Part shown: positions 15,804 through 23,281 of the stretch, piece after piece
How positions within the stretch are numbered: position 1 is the first letter of the stretch
How the letters are laid out: every line of letters begins with the position of its first letter
Origin: Hahella chejuensis KCTC 2396
GTDB taxonomy: Bacteria; Pseudomonadota; Gammaproteobacteria; Pseudomonadales; Oleiphilaceae
DNA length: 32,000 nucleotides
Assembly: GCF_000012985.1 (NCBI RefSeq)
Contig: NC_007645.1
Coordinates: forward strand, 3,896,581-3,928,580
Direction: 5' to 3'
Position numbers and translations under genes: made by a program
Notes under the pieces: generated by a model
Database searches by the model: none
Told to the model about the DNA's origin: nothing
What the model saw: only the letters and a program-made list of their open reading frames with translations

Positions 15804-18800
15804 CTAACCTTTTTTATATGGTTCTACTTTATGCTTTTGTATATTGGTGACTTTAGGATTTTTATTTAAAGCGGGCTCTTCGTACTCTTTCCATATAGCG
15901 CCTTCATAAGCCTGAACTACATTTACATCTCCTGAAGCACGCTCAGCATAATCCTCTGATATCGCGGACCATAACCGCCTTCCGTCTGTTGGCTTTCCTG
16001 ATCCCCAGTCTTCGTAGATGAAGAACTCGTCCAGATATTTCCAATTATTAAATATATTTCCTCCAGGAGTCATCTCCAGAGTGGTCGCCCCTGGAATACT
16101 TTCTCTCAAATTTAACGCAAACTCTTCTGCTTTAGGGTAATTTCCTGACCAGAATACTGCGCCATTATTTGGGCTACTTAAATCGAGAAGCTCAGCCATT
16201 TTATCAAAGTCTCTGGCTTGAAAAAGCTTCCATGCAGCAGATGCCTCCGTAGAATTTTTAAACTGCCCTTTGGAACGCTGCTGGAACTCGTTCCACCTAT
16301 TTGGTTTGGACTCCTTACAAGTTAACCCAAACGGATCCACCCACCCCGTGGGATTCGGCGCATATTGATAGTTGTTGTCTCCCCCCAACAGTCCAACGGG
16401 GTCCTGGTTGATAAATCGTGCGGCGCTGGGGTCATAATAACGGTGCCGGTTGTAATGCAGGCCGGTTTCTTCGTCGTAGTATTGCCCCTGGAAGCGCAGT
16501 GGGTTCTGTACGTCTTCGACGTCTTGCAGCGCCAGATTGCCGTAGGCTTTGTAGCGGGCGGACCAGACGACTTCGCCTTCCGCATTGGTCATTTCCTGCG
16601 GCGTGCCCAGGTGGTCCAGATGGTAGTGGTAGACCTGTTTGTCCTGAATGAACGCCAGCGGACGGAAGCTGTTGGGTTCGTAGACGTAGACTTTGTTGAG
16701 GTGGTTGCGCTGTTCCGAGAGCAATACGTCGCCGTTCCACAGGAACTCGGTCTTGCCGAAGGCGTCCTGTTTGGCGATGCGGCGTCCCAGGGCGTCGTAT
16801 TGGTATTCGGTCTTTTGCCCGTCTTTTTCGATGGCGATCAGCTGGTTCTGCTTGTTGTACTGGTAACGGGTCTCCAGCTTGCCGCCTTTGCCGCGTTTTT
16901 CACGAATCAGGTTGCCGGCGGCGTCGTATTCGAAGTGGCGGTCGCCATGGAAATTCAGGCGGTTGCCCTTGGCCTGATTCTGACCATCGAGAATATTGCC
17001 CGCCGGGTCGAAGGCGAATTCTTCGTTGCAATAGCCTTCGACGGTTTTCAGGCGATCCAGGGCGTCGTAACGGTAATGAGTGGTCCCTTTTCTCAGGTCG
17101 TCGATGAGCGCCAGATTGCCGCTGGCGTCATAACCGTAGCTGCGCTCGATGATGCGCGCTTTGCTCTGACGATGACTGACCCGATGACGGATCAGGCGTC
17201 CCATGACGTCGTAGTCGTAGCGGGATTCCGCCGCGCCTTGGCGGCGACGTAATTCGCGTCCGTCCTCATCCCGTTCGATGCTGGCCAATACGTCGCCATT
17301 GAAACTGGCCTGGGTGAACAGGCCATGGCGGTCATAGCCGAAGCCGAGGACGCCGCCATCCGGCAACAGGGATTGGATGCGGGCGCCCAGTGGATTGTAT
17401 TCATGACGCAGTCGCTGCCCGTCCTGGATTTCCTCCGCCAGACGTCCTGTCGGCGTATAGGCGAATTCCAGGGTGCGGTAAGGGTTGCTGGCCTGCGTCA
17501 ATTGACCGTTGGCGTTGTAGGCGAAGCGGCTGATGTCGCCGTCCGGGCTGTGCTTTTCACGCAGGCGCCCCATGGGGTCGCGCTTGAACAGCGTGGTGTG
17601 TTGCGCGCGAATGCGTTCGTCGTCATGTACGCCTTCAATATGCGCTTTCAGATGGCCCGCCGGGTCATACTGATATTGCTGCACCCGGCCGTCGAAGCCG
17701 ATTTCCTGAATCAGACGCTCATTGCGGTCATAGGCCAGTTCATAGCGCTCGCCCTTTTCGTTGATCAGGCCGATCAGGTTGCGTTCTTTATCGTACAGAT
17801 ACTCAAATGTGTGGCCGGCCGGGTCGATGCGTTTGCGCACCTGGGCCAGGCCGTCATACACGTATTCGGTGCAGCGGCCGGCGGCGTCGATAAAGTGCGT
17901 CAGCTGGTCGTTGGCGTTGTAACGCATTTTCAGGACGGAGCCGTCCGGGCGTTTGACTTCGGTGACGTTGCCGTTGCGGTCGTACTGATAGGCCGTGGTT
18001 TGTCCCTGATGATCGGTGGCGGCGCGGACCTGTCCCTGCGCGTTGTAGGCGTAACGGGTGGTGTGCTGGTTGTCCGTTTCGCTGACCAGTTGGCCTTCCC
18101 GGTTCCACTGCAGCTCCCGGGCCTGTCCCAGGGCGTCGATGATCTTTTGCGGCAGCCCCTGGGCGTTGTATTCGTACTGGGTCTGCGCGCCTTCTGGATC
18201 AGTGATGCGGGCCAGCAGGCCCTGTTCGTTGTACTCGCGACGCCAGACATGGCCGAGGGCGTTGGTGATCGCCACCGGCATGCCGTCGTCGTTGTAGTCG
18301 ATTTTGTAATGGCCGCCGTTGGCGTCGATCAGGGCGGTTAACTGGCCGTTGTCATTGTAGGCGTAGTGGGTGCTGTGGCCGTTGGGATCGGTCTGCTCCA
18401 CCAGATTACCGGCGTTGTCGTACGCGCGTCGGGTGATTCCGCCTTCCGGATCGATTTCTTTAACGATCTGGCCGCGATCGTCATAGTGGAAAGTGGTTCT
18501 GCCGCCGTTGCTGTCGATGGCGTGGGAGGTCTTGTTGGCCGGGTCCCATTCGAAGCGGTAGTCATAGACGCCCTGGTCGCCCCACTGACGCACACAGCGG
18601 GCGGCTTTGTCGTAGCGGCTCCACTCGAAATAAAAGCTGAAGCCGGTCTTCAGGGTGCGGCGGGTGATGACGTGGTTGCGATAGGCGTAGGATTCACCCG
18701 CGCCGGCCGGGTCCCGCACCTGCGCCAGATCCTGGGCGTCGTCGTATTCGTACCTGACCAGGGTGTCCACATCGCCGTCCGCGCGCAGCGACTGGATCTC

Positions 18801-20042
18801 GCAGATCAGTCCCTGGGCGTTATGCAGCACGTACAGACGTTTGCCCCAGCTGGTCTGAATAAGAGTGACCGGTCGCTCGTAGCCGTCCAGGTCCTGCCAG
18901 TATTGAATGCGCACGCCATTGCCGACGCCATCCAGCAATCCTTCCAGACGGTAGACGCCGCCGGCGCCCACAAACAGGCGGATGGGCTCGCCGCGTTGTT
19001 TAAGTACGTAATGGGTGTCGTCAATCCGGCGCAGTTCCAGATGTTCAGCGGCGTTGCGGACGGTCTGGCCGGGTTCCGCCAAAGGAAAATCAATATAGCG
19101 GCCTTCGTCCGTGGTGAAGACCAAACGTCCTTCCTGCTCCTCCAGCTGCTGACACAGCATGTGGGTCCAGCCCACGCCCAGACCGCGTTGATGGGGATTG
19201 GAGGATTTGTAGGTGCGCTTCCAGATAATCGGCAGAGGGCCGGCGACGGTGAAATCGGTCAGATCCAGCAATTCCTCGCCGGTGACCATGCTGATAGGTT
19301 CGCCGCTGGTGCAGACCTTTTTGTTATCCGGCGTGGTCGCGCCATTGTCATTGCCGCCGGATTTTTCGCTGACGCTGCTGTCGCTCGAGGGTGACGCGGA
19401 GCCAGCTCCGCCGGATTTTTCGCACTCCTCGCAGAAAGGTAACTCATCTTTGGCGGTGTTCTTAAGAGCCTGTGCTTGCGCCTGCTCATCCACCGCGCTT
19501 TCCGGCGCTGCGGGAGCCGCCTGGGCGGGAGGAGCGGAATAGGTCTTGGGTGGAGCCTGATGACTGGTGGACTCTCTGGGTTTGCTTTCCCAACCTGGGT
19601 TGCCATTTAGCGCAGTGACATCCATGACTTCGCCGGTAATCGCCGGCGGTGGTGGTGGTGCGGGGTTGGCGCGATTAATCAGACGCACGGCCAAAGTCAG
19701 TTCAGACACATTGGGCTTGAGGCCGTCTTCGCTCTCGCTCACAACAGAGCAAAACGGCTTTTTCTTGTCGGTAAAGACCAACAGGATTTCGCCTCGTTCG
19801 AGCCCTTTAACAAAGTCTTCTTTCCACTTACGCAGATGCCGTGAACCTCGGCCGGGAAACCCGCCAAACGATGAGCGAAAGTGACTCCCCTTTAAGTGAT
19901 TAACGACATCGCCGACTTTGGCGTCTATGTTCAGACAACGCTCGGCATAGCTGGAAGCGAAAAAGGGGGATTCTACAAACGGCAGGTCCGCAACGGTGAT
20001 GTCAGACCAATGCTTAAATACATAACTGCGAGTGGAATACAT
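15804..20042 (-). CDS. Full-length Rhs/YD-repeat polymorphic toxin (~1412 aa from the ATG at 20042) with an ADP-ribosyl cyclase/CD38-like C-terminal toxin domain
   Basis: Rhs N-terminal plug motif CTSGEPISMVTGEELLDLTDF..IWKRTYKS. Dozens of YD repeats (..YDxxGxL..) follow. The core-end motif is ..YYDPSAARFINQDPVGLLGG..PTGWVDPFGL, and a ~170 aa AT-rich tail comes after it. The ATG at 20042 has AAGGA ~12 nt upstream. The track start at 20075 is a TTG. Confidence 0.9.
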   Translation of the reverse strand: MYSTRSYVFKHWSDITVADLPFVESPFFASSYAERCLNIDAKVGDVVNHLKGSHFRSSFGGFPGRGSRHLRKWKEDFVKGLERGEILLVFTDKKKPFCSVVSESEDGLKPNVSELTLAVRLINRANPAPPPPPAITGEVMDVTALNGNPGWESKPRESTSHQAPPKTYSAPPAQAAPAAPESAVDEQAQAQALKNTAKDELPFCEECEKSGGAGSASPSSDSSVSEKSGGNDNGATTPDNKKVCTSGEPISMVTGEELLDLTDFTVAGPLPIIWKRTYKSSNPHQRGLGVGWTHMLCQQLEEQEGRLVFTTDEGRYIDFPLAEPGQTVRNAAEHLELRRIDDTHYVLKQRGEPIRLFVGAGGVYRLEGLLDGVGNGVRIQYWQDLDGYERPVTLIQTSWGKRLYVLHNAQGLICEIQSLRADGDVDTLVRYEYDDAQDLAQVRDPAGAGESYAYRNHVITRRTLKTGFSFYFEWSRYDKAARCVRQWGDQGVYDYRFEWDPANKTSHAIDSNGGRTTFHYDDRGQIVKEIDPEGGITRRAYDNAGNLVEQTDPNGHSTHYAYNDNGQLTALIDANGGHYKIDYNDDGMPVAITNALGHVWRREYNEQGLLARITDPEGAQTQYEYNAQGLPQKIIDALGQARELQWNREGQLVSETDNQHTTRYAYNAQGQVRAATDHQGQTTAYQYDRNGNVTEVKRPDGSVLKMRYNANDQLTHFIDAAGRCTEYVYDGLAQVRKRIDPAGHTFEYLYDKERNLIGLINEKGERYELAYDRNERLIQEIGFDGRVQQYQYDPAGHLKAHIEGVHDDERIRAQHTTLFKRDPMGRLREKHSPDGDISRFAYNANGQLTQASNPYRTLEFAYTPTGRLAEEIQDGQRLRHEYNPLGARIQSLLPDGGVLGFGYDRHGLFTQASFNGDVLASIERDEDGRELRRRQGAAESRYDYDVMGRLIRHRVSHRQSKARIIERSYGYDASGNLALIDDLRKGTTHYRYDALDRLKTVEGYCNEEFAFDPAGNILDGQNQAKGNRLNFHGDRHFEYDAAGNLIREKRGKGGKLETRYQYNKQNQLIAIEKDGQKTEYQYDALGRRIAKQDAFGKTEFLWNGDVLLSEQRNHLNKVYVYEPNSFRPLAFIQDKQVYHYHLDHLGTPQEMTNAEGEVVWSARYKAYGNLALQDVEDVQNPLRFQGQYYDEETGLHYNRHRYYDPSAARFINQDPVGLLGGDNNYQYAPNPTGWVDPFGLTCKESKPNRWNEFQQRSKGQFKNSTEASAAWKLFQARDFDKMAELLDLSSPNNGAVFWSGNYPKAEEFALNLRESIPGATTLEMTPGGNIFNNWKYLDEFFIYEDWGSGKPTDGRRLWSAISEDYAERASGDVNVVQAYEGAIWKEYEEPALNKNPKVTNIQKHKVEPYKKG
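16323..16800 (-). repeat. Rhs core-end repeat, master copy inside the main rhs
   Basis: This segment (..YDALGRRIAKQDAFGKTEFLWNGDVLLSEQRNH... to ..WVDPFGL) recurs at four downstream loci. Confidence 0.9.
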
Positions 20043-20308
20043 TCGGAGTACGTCCTTTGTAAAGCGACACAGCAAGCCAAACGGGCCATGGCGTCATGAA
20101 AACGGTTACTGGTAACTGGGGGCGATCAGCGAATACCTTAAAACTAACAACGACACATACCGCCCACTTGCCTTACGACACGTCGCGCCAATCTCCATGA
20201 GCTTGATTTACGCGCATACGTAGCCAGTTAAGCGTTAATACTGGGAATTTTCCTTCATTATTCAGGTGGTTATTTCGTGATGTAAGCAACGTTTTTGTGA
20301 TGATGGCG

Positions 20309-21286
20309 TCAATTATCTTCTGACTTGCTCTTAAACATCTTCAAGGGATCAGCTAAAGCTTCTGCAATTAGACTCTTAACCCTCCGGTTGCAAAAGCGAC
20401 TTTTCACCGGTCCCGCGAATTTCGGATCATGCATAACAATACTGATCAACGCAATGTCCGGCGCCCAACCTGCGTAGTTCAATGCCTGGCGGAGTCCGTT
20501 AACATGCGCGCCATGCTCTTCCGTCTCGCAACCATTCACCCAGGATTTATAGCAAGGTGGAGAGCCTCCATCGCCGATAGCGGCCACTTCAAACCCAACA
20601 TCTTCTGTTTGGCCTTTGAACCGGAACATTTTAGGGTTAAAAGCCCATTTTGGTCCGCTCCACATCAGATAAGCCAGTTCCATCAGCCCCTGTTTAGAGA
20701 CATAGCGTTCTCCATCAAACTCTACAATCAGTCCAGAGTATAAGTGAGCTAACTCAAACATCGCTTTTCTGAGCTGAAAGAAGTCAGGCAAACGATTATG
20801 AAACACTGACGGATCAAGAGTGAATTTAATGGAACTGCCGCTCGGTCCGTCGTATCTGAAACTTTCCAACGGCGCTAATACATCGCCTTTTCCGAAGACC
20901 TGCCTCCATCGCCATGCGCCATTGGAGCTTTCGATAGTCAGCTTTTCTGAAACTGCGTTTACCGCCGCCAGCCCAAGTCCGCCTCCCAGCACATGTATAT
21001 GAGGAGCATGGTCATCCGCCGTTGGTTTATCGTGATGATGGGTGAGATAGCGTTCGACAAGATTGTGGGCGCTATCTTCTACTGGAAATGGAAAGCCCGG
21101 GCCGTCATCAATGACTATAATTTCACACTCACTGACATCCACCTTCAATGTCGTCGCCCTACCCGCCAAAAATAAATCCACAACATTTGCGACTAGCTCG
21201 TAGATAACATGATTGACGGCATTGTGGTCGATATCGCCAAAGTACATGCCAGGACGTTTTCTCACTGCGTCTTTAAAGGACAACAT
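20309..21286 (-). CDS. GyrB/ParE N-terminal-like GHKL ATPase plus transducer domain protein (325 aa) lacking TOPRIM and tail
   Basis: It aligns with the E. coli GyrB N-terminal 43-kDa region. DAVRKRPGMYFGD matches DAVRKRPGMYIGD. HVIYELVANVVDLFLAG matches HMVFEVVDNAIDEALAG. VIDDGPGFP matches VQDDGRGIP. GGGLGLAAVNAVSEKL matches GGLHGVGVSVVNALSQKL. DVGFEVAA...EEHGAHVNGLRQAL matches GIGVEVAL...GGTHLAGFRAAM. HDPKFAGPVKSRF matches PDPKFSSQTKDKL. The ATG is preceded by AGGAG. Confidence 0.8.
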   Translation of the reverse strand: MLSFKDAVRKRPGMYFGDIDHNAVNHVIYELVANVVDLFLAGRATTLKVDVSECEIIVIDDGPGFPFPVEDSAHNLVERYLTHHHDKPTADDHAPHIHVLGGGLGLAAVNAVSEKLTIESSNGAWRWRQVFGKGDVLAPLESFRYDGPSGSSIKFTLDPSVFHNRLPDFFQLRKAMFELAHLYSGLIVEFDGERYVSKQGLMELAYLMWSGPKWAFNPKMFRFKGQTEDVGFEVAAIGDGGSPPCYKSWVNGCETEEHGAHVNGLRQALNYAGWAPDIALISIVMHDPKFAGPVKSRFCNRRVKSLIAEALADPLKMFKSKSEDN

Positions 21287-21666
21287 GCTTCATTCTCCTG
21301 CGCTGAATTATCCCTCTTCGCCCAATACATCTGCTTATGGCCTCTATCCTCGTAATCTTTCACCAGCTTCAAAGCTTCGGATTGAGTCATGTCGCCCTGG
21401 ATGAAGAAGGTATTGTTGTTATCGTCCTGACGCCAGACTGACCAGTTTGGGGTTGCCGTTTCAGCAAGGTCTGACGGTTCGAATGCCGTTTGATCCAAAG
21501 GACACTCTTTAATGACGAAATGCTCCGTCAGGCCCTGAAATGGCGTTTGTTGAGAAAAATCTGCAATGGCTTGATCGGCTTTGGCTCGGGAGGTGAACAC
21601 GCCGATAAAACCAGAAGGGGTCGAGTGATGGGAGGGGGAGAAAAATAACGCGTAGACGAGTTGCAT
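21262..21666 (-). CDS. Hypothetical protein (134 aa), overlaps the start of the GyrB-like gene by 25 nt
   Basis: Intact ATG ORF. The C-terminal segment WSVWRQDDNNNTFFIQGDMTQSEALKLVKDYEDRGHKQMYWAK resembles a widespread small domain of unknown function (..RQDDNGN.f.v.......A..l...fE.rGHKQ.YW). That similarity is recalled from memory. Confidence 0.6.
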   Translation of the reverse strand: MQLVYALFFSPSHHSTPSGFIGVFTSRAKADQAIADFSQQTPFQGLTEHFVIKECPLDQTAFEPSDLAETATPNWSVWRQDDNNNTFFIQGDMTQSEALKLVKDYEDRGHKQMYWAKRDNSAQENEACCPLKTQ

Positions 21667-21825
21667 GGCTAACGATCACCTGTCTGAGTGGAGCGTTTCA
21701 ACGGGCGATAATTATACCTGAAGTTGTCGTTAGAAGCCTTTTAAATCTGAGGGTTAAAGCTAACTGGGCATCCCTGCCCTTGGCGCATATTCCTTATCTG
21801 CAATCCTGCTTGGCGCCCGTTTTTA

Positions 21826-22977
21826 TCACGCCGCGCGCTGCAAAATTTCCCGACTGACATCCAAGGTGATTGCGCGATTTTCACCCAGTGCGGTCATGCC
21901 GTGTTTTTCCAGCGCGTCCACCAGGGCCGGAACGGCTGTGTCGCCTTCGATGCCAGCATGAGAGAGTCTGATGGGGATCTCCAAACTGCTGTAAAGGCGT
22001 TCGATGGCTTCGATCGTGGTTTCCGCCAGGTTGTCGTCCTGAGGCAGATTGAACACATTGCGTCCCATTTGCTCCAGCTTGGCGCGTTTGTCCGCGATCT
22101 GCACGCGCAGCAACGAGGGCTGTACGATAGCCAAAGTGCGAGCATGGTCAACGCCATAGAGGGCGGTGATTTCATGGCCGATCATGTGAGTCGCCCAATC
22201 CTGCGCCACCCCGGCGCCGATCAATCCGTTCAACGCCTGGTTGGCGGTCCACATCAGGTTGTTGCGCCAGACATCGTTGTCACGCTGCGGAAACTCTTCC
22301 GCCAGACGCACCAGGTTACGCAACAGCGCTTCCGCGTAGCCATCCTGCACCCAGGCGTCGCTGTTATGGGACAAGTACTGCTCACAAATATGCACGAATG
22401 CATCGACGACGCCATTGGCGACCTGACGCTCCGGCAGAGATTTGATCACATCCGGGTCCAGCACCGCGACGCGAGGCAACACCAGTGGAGAGCCGAAGGA
22501 CAGCTTTTCTTTGGTCGCGGCTTTGGTGACCACAGAGCCGCCGTTTGATTCCGAGCCGGTAGCCGGCAGCGTCAGCACCACGCCCAAAGGCAGCGCGCGG
22601 GCGACGGTGTATTTGCGGGTGAGAATATCCCAGCCATCGCCGTCATACAGCGTGGCGGCGGCGATATATTTGCAGCCGTCAATGACAGAGCCGCCGCCGA
22701 CCGCCAGGATGTAATCCACCTTCTCTTTGCGCGCCAGCTCCACGGCTTTATCCAGCGTTTCCACCGTGGGATTGGCTTCCACGCCGGAAAACTCCAGCCA
22801 GGAATGATCTTTCAGGGCGTCTTTGATTTGATCGTAAACGCCGTTCTTCTTGATGGAGCCGCCGCCGTACACCACTAACACCTTTTGATCTGCGTCGATC
22901 AATGAGGCTAATTTGGCGATGCGGCCTTGTCCAAACTCAATACGGGTGCTGTTGGAAAAAGAAAAATTCATACTCAC
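21826..22977 (-). CDS. yqhD: Iron-containing (group III) NADPH-dependent alcohol dehydrogenase, YqhD-like
   Basis: Colinear with E. coli YqhD: ..TRIEFGQGRIAKL...VLVVYGGGSIKKNGVYDQIKDALK...LEFSGVEANP..ETL..AVELAR.EKVDYILAVGGGSVIDGCKYIAAA.. The metal-binding His region ..DWATHMIGHEITALYGVDHA.. is present. Confidence 0.85.
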   Translation of the reverse strand: MSMNFSFSNSTRIEFGQGRIAKLASLIDADQKVLVVYGGGSIKKNGVYDQIKDALKDHSWLEFSGVEANPTVETLDKAVELARKEKVDYILAVGGGSVIDGCKYIAAATLYDGDGWDILTRKYTVARALPLGVVLTLPATGSESNGGSVVTKAATKEKLSFGSPLVLPRVAVLDPDVIKSLPERQVANGVVDAFVHICEQYLSHNSDAWVQDGYAEALLRNLVRLAEEFPQRDNDVWRNNLMWTANQALNGLIGAGVAQDWATHMIGHEITALYGVDHARTLAIVQPSLLRVQIADKRAKLEQMGRNVFNLPQDDNLAETTIEAIERLYSSLEIPIRLSHAGIEGDTAVPALVDALEKHGMTALGENRAITLDVSREILQRAA

Positions 22978-23210
22978 TTCCTTTAAATCGCAATATCTTT
23001 GCAGGCGCGTCGACGCAGAGCGGCGCTGGACTAATTGCGCATACTCGTAGAGGGCCTTTCACTACGAGAAACAGGAAAACATCCGCGTCGAATATGGGAC
23101 AGGAACATACTCCTATCGCGAGAGGAAACAAAGCGCTCCCCCTGCCTCGGAAGGAAGTTAGATAGAAATAGGCAAGGATTCGACAGAATCGGGATAAATA
23201 CAAATGATCG

Positions 23211-23244
23211 ACGCTGCGCCGGCGACAGTGCGACGCAGCGTTTT
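23211..23244 (+). terminator. Hairpin plus T-run in the yqhD-RND intergenic region
   Basis: ACGCTGCG (23211-23218) pairs with CGCAGCGT (23234-23241) and is followed by TTTTAT on the plus strand. No plus-strand gene lies upstream, so it may instead act bidirectionally for the minus-strand RND operon. Confidence 0.35.
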
Positions 23245-23281
23245 ATGAAAAGAATAGATCAGGTTGGCGCATCCACCTGGA

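Noticed and set aside
16365-19394. Long plus-strand ORFs (16365..17252, 17325..18341, 18366..19394) antisense to the main rhs
   Set aside because: They lie entirely inside the high-GC YD-repeat region, where stop codons are rare on the opposite strand. Their translations are low-complexity (V/A/G/R-rich) with no motifs, while the minus-strand frame has unmistakable Rhs features.
19600-20075. PAAR, prePAAR (AARxxDxxxH) or transmembrane segments in the Rhs N-terminus
   Set aside because: I looked for these motifs in the translated N-terminal 250 residues and found none. The absence is reported as an open question, not as a feature.
21901-22548. Plus-strand ORF of 215 aa antisense to the alcohol dehydrogenase gene
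   Set aside because: The minus-strand frame is colinear with YqhD over its full length. The antisense ORF is a high-GC artefact.
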